A stretch of 64,000 bases of DNA from a bacterium (GTDB taxonomy: Bacteria > Patescibacteriota > Microgenomatia > Levybacterales > UBA12049), in the NCBI GenBank assembly GCA_021777565.1, contig JAJYDJ010000002.1, forward strand, positions 133,082 through 197,081, in the 5' to 3' direction. Within the stretch, counting starts at the first letter, position 1, and each line of letters begins with the position of its first letter. The notes below the pieces were generated by a model that was not told where the DNA came from, did no database searches, and was given only the letters and a program-made list of their open reading frames with translations. Of the stretch, positions 8,326 to 17,406 are shown piece by piece. The translations under genes and the position numbers were made by a program.

Positions 8326-10206
8326 ATGGCGTTACCACTTCGAGGCAGAAATAAAGATTCCAAAAAAGAAAATCGTACCCCTAAGAAAATTCGTATCATC
8401 AAAATAAATCTTTCTTGGAAAAATGTCATTTTGTATGGATTTTTAGCACTTTTCTTGATCTTCTTGTTCTCAGGATTCAATTCTTCACTTGATCAAACAA
8501 AAGCAGTTCCCCTCTCTACTATCATCCAAGATGTTCAATCTGGAAAAGTGTCTGAGTTAACGGTAACCGATACCAAACTTACTGCTACTGAGGGGAAAAC
8601 CACCATTGAAACAACCAAGGAACCAAGTGCAAATGTGTATGGTCTTTTCAAAGATGCAGGTGTTTCTTTGGACAAAACAAAAGTCGTCGTCAAAGATGAA
8701 AGTAGTTGGAACAATTGGTTAAATATTCTTTCCTCGGTGCTTCCAATTGTCCTGATGATTGCGTTCTTTTACTTCCTGTTCCGCCAAGCTCGTGGAGCTC
8801 AAGAAAGTGTTTTCTCTTTTGGACAATCTCGAGCAAAACAGTTTACCAAGGACACACCAAAAACTACATTCAACGATGTCGCTGGCGTTGACGAGGCCAA
8901 GCAAGAATTAACAGAAATTGTTGACTTCCTGAAAAATCCACAGAAGTATAAAGCCATGGGTGCCAGAACTCCAAAAGGAGTCTTAATGGTTGGACCATCA
9001 GGAACTGGAAAGACACTGCTTGCTCGTGCAACTGCTGGTGAGGCCGGCGTTGCCTTCTTCTCTATGGCTGGCTCAGAATTTATGGAGATGTTGGTAGGAG
9101 TTGGCGCGAGTCGTGTACGCGATCTTTTTACCACTGCAAAAAAAGCACAGCCAGCAATTATCTTTATTGATGAAATTGATGCAATTGGTCGCCAGCGTGG
9201 TATGGGACTCATGGGGGGTCATGATGAGCGTGAACAGACATTAAATCAAATTCTTGTCGAGATGGATGGTTTTACCCCAAATGAACAGCTCATCGTTATG
9301 GCAGCAACAAACCGTCCTGATGTCCTTGACCCCGCATTGGTACGTCCAGGTCGTTTTGATCGTAAAGTAGTACTGGATTTGCCAGATGTTGAGGGTAGAA
9401 AAGCGATTCTCTCAATTCATGCACGTAACAAACCATTTGCCGATGGCGTTGATTGGGAGAAAGTTGCCAAGCGAACGGCAGGTTTTTCTGGAGCTGATCT
9501 GGAAAACATGCTCAATGAAGCAGCGATTTTGGCAGCTCGATTGAATAAAAAGGCGATTGACATGAAGGATCTGGAAGAAGCGGCAACCAAAGTAAAACTT
9601 GGCCCTGAAAAGAAAAGACTTCAGTCAGATGAAGATAGAAAGATGACCGCATATCATGAAGCGGGTCATGCCATTGTGTATTGGTATATGCCACATATTG
9701 ATGCGGTGCATAGAGTCTCTATCGTTAGCCGTGGGATGAGTCTGGGACACACGATGCAAGAGCCTATGGAGCATATTCATGAAACACAGACAGGTCTTTT
9801 GGAGCAAGTTACAGCAATGCTTGGTGGAAGAGCCGCAGAAGAACTGATATTTAACGAAATCACAACCGGCGCCAGTAATGATATCGAGAAAGCTACTGAG
9901 TTAGTTCGTGACATGGTCGTTGAGTATGGCATGAGTAGTCTGGGGCCAATCAACTTTGATCAAGATCGTAGAAGTATGTATGAGGTAAAAAATATTTCTC
10001 CAGAGATGCAAGCAAAAGTTGATGCTGAAGTGGAGCGTATTATGACTTCATGCTACAAGCAGGCACAACAAGTAATCAAAGCAGAGAAAAAGAGAATGGA
10101 GCTTGTTGTTGGTGAGCTCTTAAAGAAAGAAACACTTGAAGCAGACGAATTTGTAGCGCTTGTTGGTGAAAAAGAAAAACGAGTCTCCCCTTTCGCGACA
10201 AAATAA
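8326..10206 (+). CDS. ftsH: ATP-dependent zinc metalloprotease FtsH
   Basis: Two TM helices, [27 protein letters not shown]. Confidence 0.97.
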   Translation: MALPLRGRNKDSKKENRTPKKIRIIKINLSWKNVILYGFLALFLIFLFSGFNSSLDQTKAVPLSTIIQDVQSGKVSELTVTDTKLTATEGKTTIETTKEPSANVYGLFKDAGVSLDKTKVVVKDESSWNNWLNILSSVLPIVLMIAFFYFLFRQARGAQESVFSFGQSRAKQFTKDTPKTTFNDVAGVDEAKQELTEIVDFLKNPQKYKAMGARTPKGVLMVGPSGTGKTLLARATAGEAGVAFFSMAGSEFMEMLVGVGASRVRDLFTTAKKAQPAIIFIDEIDAIGRQRGMGLMGGHDEREQTLNQILVEMDGFTPNEQLIVMAATNRPDVLDPALVRPGRFDRKVVLDLPDVEGRKAILSIHARNKPFADGVDWEKVAKRTAGFSGADLENMLNEAAILAARLNKKAIDMKDLEEAATKVKLGPEKKRLQSDEDRKMTAYHEAGHAIVYWYMPHIDAVHRVSIVSRGMSLGHTMQEPMEHIHETQTGLLEQVTAMLGGRAAEELIFNEITTGASNDIEKATELVRDMVVEYGMSSLGPINFDQDRRSMYEVKNISPEMQAKVDAEVERIMTSCYKQAQQVIKAEKKRMELVVGELLKKETLEADEFVALVGEKEKRVSPFATK

Positions 10207-10222
10207 ACAGTATACTAAAGAC

Positions 10223-11152
10223 ATGAAAAAACTTCTCATCATTGATGGCAACCATCTTGTCCACCGCGCATACCATGCCTATCCACAGAATTTTACTAGT
10301 CCCGATGGACGACCAGTCGGTATGGTGTATGGGTGGTGCGTGATGTTTTTAAAAGCACTTGAAATCATTAAACCAACCCATGTAGCTATCTGTTTTGATA
10401 GACCTGCTCCAACATTTCGAAAGACGATGTATGCGGGATATCAGGCCAATCGACCACAAATGGAATCAGAACTTTCTGATCAGATAGTTTTCCTGCAGGA
10501 AGCATTAACTCAGTCAGGATTTCCTCAATTTGGTGTGGATGGATATGAAGCAGACGATCTTATAGGCACGCTCGCACTCCAAGCAGAAGAGGCATATACA
10601 GATGGTGATGAAACAATTATTCTCTCAGGAGATAGAGATTTATTACAGTTAGTAGACAAGTACACCAAGGAAATGATGCCACTCACTGGTATTACCAACT
10701 TTCAGCTTCTTGATCCTCAAGGGGTGAAAGAAAAAATGGGAGTAGGACCGGAGCAAATCGTTGATTATAAAGCATTAGTTGGTGATGCATCAGATGGGTA
10801 CCCAGGGATAACCGGAATTGGACCAAAGACCGCAATAACGCTTCTTGAAAAATATGCTACGTTTGAAAGAGTTTACGAGCATCTGGATGAAATTTCTCCA
10901 CGAGTTGTTGAAAAATTGACTGAATTTGCTGAACAAGGTGCCATGTCAAAAAAATTAGCACAGATTGTTTGTGATGCGCCGGTACACTTGAGATGGGATG
11001 AGGTTGCACTGAGTAATATTGAGGAGGCAACGATTGCGAGTGTCTTTGAAGAATTAGGGTTTTCATCACTTGCTCGAAAGATGCGTCTTTTTGCAGCTCC
11101 TAAGCCTGAAAAGAAGCCAAAAGTGAATGAACACCAACTTTCTCTTCTCTAA
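10223..11152 (+). CDS. Stand-alone 5'-3' exonuclease / flap endonuclease (PolA N-terminal domain)
   Basis: LIIDGNHLVHRAYHA, FRK.MY.GY.ANR, YEADD, SGDRD, ALVGDASD.YPGI.GIGPKTA; no polymerase domain. Confidence 0.92.
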   Translation: MKKLLIIDGNHLVHRAYHAYPQNFTSPDGRPVGMVYGWCVMFLKALEIIKPTHVAICFDRPAPTFRKTMYAGYQANRPQMESELSDQIVFLQEALTQSGFPQFGVDGYEADDLIGTLALQAEEAYTDGDETIILSGDRDLLQLVDKYTKEMMPLTGITNFQLLDPQGVKEKMGVGPEQIVDYKALVGDASDGYPGITGIGPKTAITLLEKYATFERVYEHLDEISPRVVEKLTEFAEQGAMSKKLAQIVCDAPVHLRWDEVALSNIEEATIASVFEELGFSSLARKMRLFAAPKPEKKPKVNEHQLSLL

Positions 11153-11188
11153 TTTTGTTTCCGCTCACTTTTTCGTTATACTACAGAT

Positions 11189-12310
11189 ATGAAAATTGCC
11201 TTGGTGCATGACTACCTCATGGATTATGGTGGTGCGGAAGAAGTGCTCTATGAACTGCATCGAATGTATCCAGATGCACCTATCTATGTCTCACTTCTTG
11301 ATAAACAAAAACTTGGAAAATTTTGGAGTAAATTTTCTGATGCACGCATTGTAACCTCGTGGTTTCAATACATCCCTTATGCCTCTCGAGTGATCTCCCC
11401 ACTTCGTTTTTTACTCCCACTTGTATGGGGAAGTTTTGATTTCTCAAGCTATGATGTTGTCATTACCAGTGCGAGTTGGGCAGTGACTAAGGGAATTCGC
11501 AAAGGAAAACACACCAAGGAGATTTGTTATCTTCATACACCACCGCGATATTTGTATGGATACGACACGTCACGCGTATGGAAAGGTACATGGTATGGGT
11601 TTTTGATTGATTGGTATGCGTTGATTGTGAACCACGCTATGCGTATCTATGATTTCCATCAATCACAAAAAGTAGATGTGTTTGTCGCAAACTCAAAAAA
11701 CGTTGGAGAAAGAATAGAAAAGTTTTATCGAAGAAATGATTACCATGTCATTTATCCTCCCATTGAAGTAGATAAATTCATTGATCCTAACATAAAAGCA
11801 AAGACAGGAACGTACTATTTGACTGGTGGGAGACTGGTCGCTGCAAAAAACTTTGACCTCATTATAAAAAGTTGCGAGAAAGCAAATGTGCCACTGAAGA
11901 TATTTGGAACCGGGATAGAGAAAGAAAAGCTTATGAATATTGCAGGTAAACAGGTGGAATTTCTCGGCCACATAACCGATGAAGAAAAGGTTGCATATAT
12001 GAAAGGTGCAAAAGCATTTATTTTGGCACAAAAAGATGAGGATTTTGGCATTACCCCAATTGAGGCAGCTGCCTGTGGTGTGCCATCAATTGCGTACAAG
12101 AGTGGTGGGTACACAGAGTCTATTAGTGACAAAAAGACTGGTCTTTTCTTTGAATCACTATCTGTTGATGCACTCGAAAAGGTTATTAAAGAATCTGAAA
12201 GAATGAAGTGGGACAAAAAAATAATTATCGCACATGCAGAGAAATTTGATGTGTCTCTATTCCAGAAAAAGATACGCGATATTGTTGAAAAAATATATCA
12301 CCAAAAGTGA
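11189..12310 (+). CDS. Glycosyltransferase family 4 (GT-B)
   Basis: KIALVHDYL..YGGAE, HTPPRY, EDFGITPIEA. Confidence 0.92.
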   Translation: MKIALVHDYLMDYGGAEEVLYELHRMYPDAPIYVSLLDKQKLGKFWSKFSDARIVTSWFQYIPYASRVISPLRFLLPLVWGSFDFSSYDVVITSASWAVTKGIRKGKHTKEICYLHTPPRYLYGYDTSRVWKGTWYGFLIDWYALIVNHAMRIYDFHQSQKVDVFVANSKNVGERIEKFYRRNDYHVIYPPIEVDKFIDPNIKAKTGTYYLTGGRLVAAKNFDLIIKSCEKANVPLKIFGTGIEKEKLMNIAGKQVEFLGHITDEEKVAYMKGAKAFILAQKDEDFGITPIEAAACGVPSIAYKSGGYTESISDKKTGLFFESLSVDALEKVIKESERMKWDKKIIIAHAEKFDVSLFQKKIRDIVEKIYHQK

Positions 12311-12352
12311 TACTTGTTGGCCACCACTTGTTTTGTTAGAATTATCACAGCA

Positions 12353-13054
12353 ATGGCATATACCAAACGTTTTATTATTTCATTTGGTGGATCACTCATC
12401 TCTACTCCTGATGGCGTTGCAATCGACTTCCTGCAAAATTTCTCAGCACTTTTGAGACAAACCATTCAAGATCATCCCGATTGGCAAATTTTTCTGGTGA
12501 CTGGTGGTGGCTATGTGTGTCGTCAATATCAGGCAGCGGTGCAGGCACTTCTTCCTAGTGCAACAGACTTGGAAAAAGACTGGATGGGGATTTATACCAC
12601 ACGATTTCATGCACACTTCATGCAGCTTGCCTTTCAAGATATTGCCCATGAAAAAATAATAGAAGACTATGCACAAAAACAGGAAGCAAGTGAACAGCTG
12701 GTAATTGCCTCAGGATGGCACCCAGGAACCTCTACTGATATGGATGCAGTCCTTCTCGCAGAGCAATACGAGGCAACTGTTGCTATAAATCTTAGTAACA
12801 TTGCCTATGTGTATGACAAAGATCCAAAACAATTCCCTGATGCCAAAAGAATTGAGCACATGACCTGGAATGAACTGCGTGCAATTGTTGGTGATACCTG
12901 GTCACCAGGCCTGAATACTCCTTTTGATCCAATTGCTGCCAAGAAAGCTCAAGAGCTGGGTTTAACGGTTATTGTTGCAGAAGGGAAAAATCTGGAGAAT
13001 GTGCAACACATCCTGAACGCAGAAGCATACGTCGGGACAACAATAACTCCCTAA
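12353..13054 (+). CDS. pyrH: UMP kinase, archaeal-type
   Basis: ISFGGS, VTGGG..CRQYQ, D.MGI..TR, PGTSTD, VYDKDP, PFDP.A; start re-picked to ATG 12353. Confidence 0.88.
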   Translation: MAYTKRFIISFGGSLISTPDGVAIDFLQNFSALLRQTIQDHPDWQIFLVTGGGYVCRQYQAAVQALLPSATDLEKDWMGIYTTRFHAHFMQLAFQDIAHEKIIEDYAQKQEASEQLVIASGWHPGTSTDMDAVLLAEQYEATVAINLSNIAYVYDKDPKQFPDAKRIEHMTWNELRAIVGDTWSPGLNTPFDPIAAKKAQELGLTVIVAEGKNLENVQHILNAEAYVGTTITP

Positions 13055-13086
13055 GATTTTGGTGGAAAACATCGTATAATAGCCTC

Positions 13087-14142
13087 ATGCTTACACAAGT
13101 CTTTTTGCAGTATTTTCGCTCCTATGAACAACTACATGTTCCGTTGAAAGAAGAAAAAACAGTCGTTGTTGGTGCAAATGCCAGCGGTAAAACAAGTTTT
13201 ATTGAGGCAGTTTCACTTTGTCTTACCGGCAAAAGTTTCCGTGCTAATAAAGCACAGGAAATGATCATGTTTGACCATGACATGGCGCGTGTCCAGATAG
13301 AACTCGTCGATAATGAAGAAAAAACGAGAATTGAGGTAGTCATCACTGATGGTCAGACAACCGGTGGGAGAGCACAAAAGAAAATTTTTATTAACGGCAT
13401 AGCAAGAAGTCGCGGTGCACTCGTTGGCCTTGCCCCGGTTATCCTATTTAGGCCGGAAGAAATGGATATCATTAGTGATGGACCATCGCTGAGGCGATCA
13501 TTCCTTGATGACACGCTGGAGCAAGTGTCTCGTGAGTACGTACGAGCAAAAAGAGAATATGAGAAGGCACTCAGGCAAAGAAATGCCCTGTTACACCTGG
13601 CAAAAGAAACTGGAATTAGAAAAGTAGATGAATTTAACTACTGGGATGATATCTTAATCCATGCAGGCCAGGTAATTACGCATAGTCGTCGTGAATTTCT
13701 ACATGCCATCAATTCACTCACTCCAGAACTTTTTGCAATCCGTGTCGCCTATGATCCAAGTGAGATCTCCCGTGAGAGACTTGATCAATATGCCAACGAA
13801 GAAGTTGCGGCGGGAGTCACATTGGTAGGTCCACAGCGGGATGATTTCACTATCTTTATGGGGACACAGGAAGTACACAGTGCGAATATGCAGCTCTTTG
13901 CTTCTCGTGGGCAGCAGAGACTTGCGATATTGCAATTAAAGTTATTTCAAAAGCAATATATTGAAGACAAGATTGGGAAAAAAGCGCTTGTTCTTCTCGA
14001 TGATATTTTTTCAGAGCTGGATAGTAGTCACATCTCCCTTGTTATGGAAAAATTGCAGCAGGCACAGTTGATTCTTACCACTACCCATGAAGAGTTTGTA
14101 AATTTAGATAGCGAGTCAGTACAGAAGGTACATCTAACGTGA
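13087..14142 (+). CDS. recF: DNA replication and repair protein RecF
   Basis: GANASGKT, GP..RR.FLD, GPQRDD, SRGQQR, LLDDIFSELD. Confidence 0.95.
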   Translation: MLTQVFLQYFRSYEQLHVPLKEEKTVVVGANASGKTSFIEAVSLCLTGKSFRANKAQEMIMFDHDMARVQIELVDNEEKTRIEVVITDGQTTGGRAQKKIFINGIARSRGALVGLAPVILFRPEEMDIISDGPSLRRSFLDDTLEQVSREYVRAKREYEKALRQRNALLHLAKETGIRKVDEFNYWDDILIHAGQVITHSRREFLHAINSLTPELFAIRVAYDPSEISRERLDQYANEEVAAGVTLVGPQRDDFTIFMGTQEVHSANMQLFASRGQQRLAILQLKLFQKQYIEDKIGKKALVLLDDIFSELDSSHISLVMEKLQQAQLILTTTHEEFVNLDSESVQKVHLT

Positions 14143-14424
14143 GTTTTCAAGCTTCTCTTTCAATTTGGTCAGTTGTAGGGTCACAAGAACAGCTAAAGCC
14201 GTGACAATACATGCATAGATTGCCAGTGATATAACACCACTGTTGGCAGGTAAAAACTTTTTTACATACGTATTCACGACCTCTTGAATAAAACTATTCC
14301 AGGCAAGGGCAGCTACGAGACTAAAGCCGCTTGTCGCAAGTGTCAACATCTGCTGAACGATCTCAATTGATGCCTTATTGACTCGATGCAGTGGGTGTGA
14401 TGATTTCTTTTGCTTGCTTGTCAT
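14134..14424 (-). CDS. Small two-TM membrane protein (DUF5654-like)
   Basis: LATSGFSLVAALAWN...YA.IVT.LAV pattern. Confidence 0.75.
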   Translation of the reverse strand: MTSKQKKSSHPLHRVNKASIEIVQQMLTLATSGFSLVAALAWNSFIQEVVNTYVKKFLPANSGVISLAIYACIVTALAVLVTLQLTKLKEKLENSR

Positions 14425-14449
14425 AGGACGGGCTTATTACAATATAGCT

Positions 14450-15499
14450 ATGTATACTCCACAATTCAAGATAACCAATACCATTCTTACCAACATTGGC
14501 ATTATTGAGGCAGCACGTGAGGTAATTAACCGTGCACCATTGCTTCCCTACTATGAAAAAAAGTTCCAGGAAGACGCGCTGGTAAGAACCGTTCATTATG
14601 GAACCCACATTGAAGGGAACGAATTGGATTTAACCCAGGCCGAGAAAGTAGTCCAGGGACAAACAATTATTGCTAGAGAACGCGATATTCAAGAGGTTAT
14701 TAACTATCGAAAAGTCATGGAATATCTTGATGAAATAGACACGAGCAGCAAGCCACTTGATGAATCACTCATTAAACACATGCATACCCTCGTCGTTGAG
14801 CATGTCATTCCTGAGGAAACCGCAGGAATCTATAGGCGTCCATCGGTAGTTATTAGAAATAGCCATACTGGTGAGATTGTGTTTCGTCCTCCTCAGGCAG
14901 TCATTGTCCCATTTCAAATAGCTGATTTATTGGAATATCTCAATATCACCAAACCAGAAGATTTGCATCCTGTCCTGAAGGCAGGTATTGCACACTATGA
15001 GTTCGTGAGAATTCATCCTTTTGTTGAGGGGAATGGTCGTCTGGCTCGTGCATTATCAACATTGATCCTTTTTCGCGAAGGATATGACATTAGAAAGTTT
15101 TTCTCTCTAGAAGAATTCTTTGATAAAGATCTTCCAGCATACTATGGTGCACTGCAAAGTGTAGAAAAAAATAATAGTGATTTAACAGAGTGGCTTGAGT
15201 ATTTCACAAAGGCTCTTGCTGTTGAGTTAACTCGTATCAAAGAGAAAGTTGAAAAAATTTCTGCAGATGGAAAGATTAAACAAAAACTAGGGGGGAAACC
15301 ATTCTTAATGAGTGAAAGACAAATGAAAATAGTTGAATTTATTCAAGAAAATGGATATTTAGAGAATAAAGCATTTAAATCTCTTTTCCCAATGATTTCT
15401 GAGGACAGTATTCTTTTGGATCTGAAGTCACTGATCAATGCGGGAGTTATTCGTAAGCAAGGGGTGACTAAAGGGGTAAAATACGTCATGAATTCGTGA
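14450..15499 (+). CDS. Fic-family AMPylase with N-terminal inhibitory motif and C-terminal HTH
   Basis: HPFVEGNGRLAR Fic motif; THIEGN inhibitory helix; C-terminal winged-helix-like ERQ..I...DL..L...G. Confidence 0.92.
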   Translation: MYTPQFKITNTILTNIGIIEAAREVINRAPLLPYYEKKFQEDALVRTVHYGTHIEGNELDLTQAEKVVQGQTIIARERDIQEVINYRKVMEYLDEIDTSSKPLDESLIKHMHTLVVEHVIPEETAGIYRRPSVVIRNSHTGEIVFRPPQAVIVPFQIADLLEYLNITKPEDLHPVLKAGIAHYEFVRIHPFVEGNGRLARALSTLILFREGYDIRKFFSLEEFFDKDLPAYYGALQSVEKNNSDLTEWLEYFTKALAVELTRIKEKVEKISADGKIKQKLGGKPFLMSERQMKIVEFIQENGYLENKAFKSLFPMISEDSILLDLKSLINAGVIRKQGVTKGVKYVMNS

Positions 15500-15510
15500 T
15501 CCATGTCACA
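15495..15510. promoter_or_regulatory. CRP/FNR-family box upstream of the Crp gene
   Basis: CGTGA-TCCATG-TCACA, 9/10 match to TGTGA-N6-TCACA. Confidence 0.6.
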
Positions 15511-15623
15511 CCCTATAATAATTATTGAAGCTACGGGCTTTCATATACATATTGTTTTTTTATAAAGCTAAAATTAAGTATAGACAATTTTGAAACATGG
15601 CATTACAATAGTCCTTATAGCAT

Positions 15624-16283
15624 ATGATGCAAACATCTGTCGTTGAGAAACTTGAAGCATTTTTCTCACAATTTCCCAAGAGGAAATTTAAGAAAAAAGA
15701 AATAATTATTCACGCCGGTGAAATGCCACAAGGCGTCTACTATCTTCATGACGGACTTGTCAGACAATATACCCTTTCTTCAAAAGGTGAAGAGGCCGTT
15801 CTCAATATCTATCGCGCTCCATCATTTTTCCCACTCAGACAACTTTTTGATGAAGTAGAATGTCAGCAATATTTTGAAGCGATGACAGAAGTGCATATGT
15901 GGCTTGCCCCCAAAGAGGCTGTCAGAAATTTCCTGCGTGAGAATCCTGATGTATTGATGGATTTGTTGGCTCGTATGAATCGAGGATTGGATGGACTTTT
16001 GGAAAGACTCTCCTATCTCATGGCAGGGACTGCCTACGAAAGAGTAATTACCGAAGTACTCCTGTACCTCTCACGATTTGGTGAGAAAAAAGAAATTTCT
16101 AGTAAAGAGGCATCAGGAATTAGAATCTCTGCAAAACAAATTGCAATCCAGTCAGGTTTGACGCGCGAAACTGTTACGAGAGAACTTGCGATACTTAAAA
16201 CTAAGGGACTAATTACATTTGAAAAGAACATGTTGACTGTTCCAGATTTAGACAAGCTCAAGCGTGAGTTGGTCGAAGGATAA
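15624..16283 (+). CDS. Crp/Fnr-family transcription regulator
   Basis: N-terminal cNMP-like beta-barrel; HTH with GLTRETVTR. Confidence 0.92.
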   Translation: MMQTSVVEKLEAFFSQFPKRKFKKKEIIIHAGEMPQGVYYLHDGLVRQYTLSSKGEEAVLNIYRAPSFFPLRQLFDEVECQQYFEAMTEVHMWLAPKEAVRNFLRENPDVLMDLLARMNRGLDGLLERLSYLMAGTAYERVITEVLLYLSRFGEKKEISSKEASGIRISAKQIAIQSGLTRETVTRELAILKTKGLITFEKNMLTVPDLDKLKRELVEG

Positions 16284-16315
16284 CTCCACATGTACCCCAT
16301 GCTATAATACCCACC

Positions 16316-16858
16316 ATGCCAAGCCCAGACTATCAACATCATAGAGATATTGCACAGCAATTAAGTGACGCGACCAGGTCGATTAGTCCATGCCAAAGGG
16401 GTGGCGGTATGTGTTGTGAGCGAGGTGTGCCAGTGACGCCTGATGATGAGGAGTTTATCCGTGAAGGGATTGCCAGTGGAGATATTTCCCCAGCAGTTGT
16501 TGCGCAGGCAAAAGTGAATGCAGCTGATAGTACCAGACAACGATGTCCTTTTTTAAGTGGTCAAAGTGAATGCACCATTTATGGACGCCGTCCTGTGATC
16601 TGTCTCTATGGAGGTGTCCCTGGTGCAGGGTTGCCGAGAAATCCAGCAGTGTATATGGCAGCTCTGGATGCCCTGACCCAAGGCCTCCCTGATCCTGGAG
16701 TAACATCTGCCGATGTTATGCAGCCTTCCTGTGCCCAGTGCGTGTCACAAATGGGGCGATGCTCTTCAGTTCCGATGATAGCTTTCCAAGAATTTGCTCA
16801 TGCTATGGCAGATTCTGGCTCAACACCTATGAACGAAGTGGTAAGAAGGCTCCCTTAA
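16316..16858 (+). CDS. YkgJ-family (CxxCxxCC) cysteine-cluster protein
   Basis: CQRGGGMCC, CPFL....CTIY.RRP.IC..YG, extra CAQC. Confidence 0.8.
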   Translation: MPSPDYQHHRDIAQQLSDATRSISPCQRGGGMCCERGVPVTPDDEEFIREGIASGDISPAVVAQAKVNAADSTRQRCPFLSGQSECTIYGRRPVICLYGGVPGAGLPRNPAVYMAALDALTQGLPDPGVTSADVMQPSCAQCVSQMGRCSSVPMIAFQEFAHAMADSGSTPMNEVVRRLP

Positions 16859-16866
16859 TATCTTAT

Positions 16867-16909
16867 TGTGACCTAGATCACGTGGAAAAATAGCAAAATC
16901 TGCTACAAT
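16867..16909 (+). promoter_or_regulatory. Class II CRP-type promoter
   Basis: TGTGA-CCTAGA-TCACG at 16867-16882 and extended -10 TGcTACAAT at 16901-16909; the box centre is at -41.5 from the inferred +1 (16916). Confidence 0.72.
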
Positions 16910-16915
16910 CTTGTT

Positions 16916-17095
16916 GTCGAGAAATATACAACAGCGTATATACTCTTGCTAGCACGTTAAAAAAGCGGACAACACGACACCCAAGAAAGGTGTGAGGAAA
17001 AGAGGTTCAGATTATTCTGTGGTTCTTTCCCTTACATCTGTAAAGATGTCGCTGGATGGGCGAAGGGCATTTCACTTACGAAAGGGGTGATAAAG
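16916..17095 (+). ncRNA. Putative structured 5' leader / cis-regulatory RNA of unknown family
   Basis: Several hairpins with G-U pairs on the + strand, GUAA and GAAA tetraloops, an SD-sequestering stem and alternative pairings (see findings). Confidence 0.5.
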
Positions 17096-17302
17096 ATGGA
17101 AAAAAGCACGGCTTTAGCAATCGTGCCAGGACAGACCGTGACGGTTAAAACCGCCACCCGAGATGGTGCTATGAGTATCCCCACGGGGAGCTACACTGTT
17201 ACCGCTAATAACGGTAATGGGACTCTGAAGATTATTCTCGGTACGTTGCCTGGAAGCAACCAGGTCGTCGAAGTAACTGTAAGTTACACCGACTTGCAGT
17301 AA
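17096..17302 (+). CDS. 68-aa hypothetical beta-rich protein (SH3/KOW-like pattern)
   Basis: SD GGGGTGA 5 nt before ATG 17096; own promoter and terminator; alternating beta-strand pattern. Confidence 0.65.
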   Translation: MEKSTALAIVPGQTVTVKTATRDGAMSIPTGSYTVTANNGNGTLKIILGTLPGSNQVVEVTVSYTDLQ

Positions 17303-17308
17303 CCTCAC

Positions 17309-17341
17309 AGGAGATGAGATCCATCCACTCTCATCTCTTTT
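17309..17341 (+). terminator. Intrinsic terminator
   Basis: GAGATGAGA / TCTCATCTC perfect 9-bp stem followed by TTTTGTCTTT. Confidence 0.75.
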
Positions 17342-17406
17342 GTCTTTCCCCAGTACTTAATTCCAATTGTTGTCCGCTTCTTTCCTCTTTTTGCTATACT
17401 ATCCTC

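Noticed and set aside
16916-17340. tmRNA, RNase P RNA, 6S RNA, preQ1 riboswitch or pistol ribozyme
   Set aside because: Only short look-alikes (GAGGAAA, AGAGGTTC, CACGTTAAA, GGGGTGA). The required partner motifs (GAGGAAAGTCC, T-arm plus CCA end, closing stems) are missing.
17314-17406. N-terminal extension of the ligase (and similar extensions of ORFs at 4658, 10160, 12314, 14378, 21061, 21919, 24250, 51940)
   Set aside because: Extensions overlap terminators, promoters or neighbouring genes; family homology and -10 spacing support the downstream ATGs.
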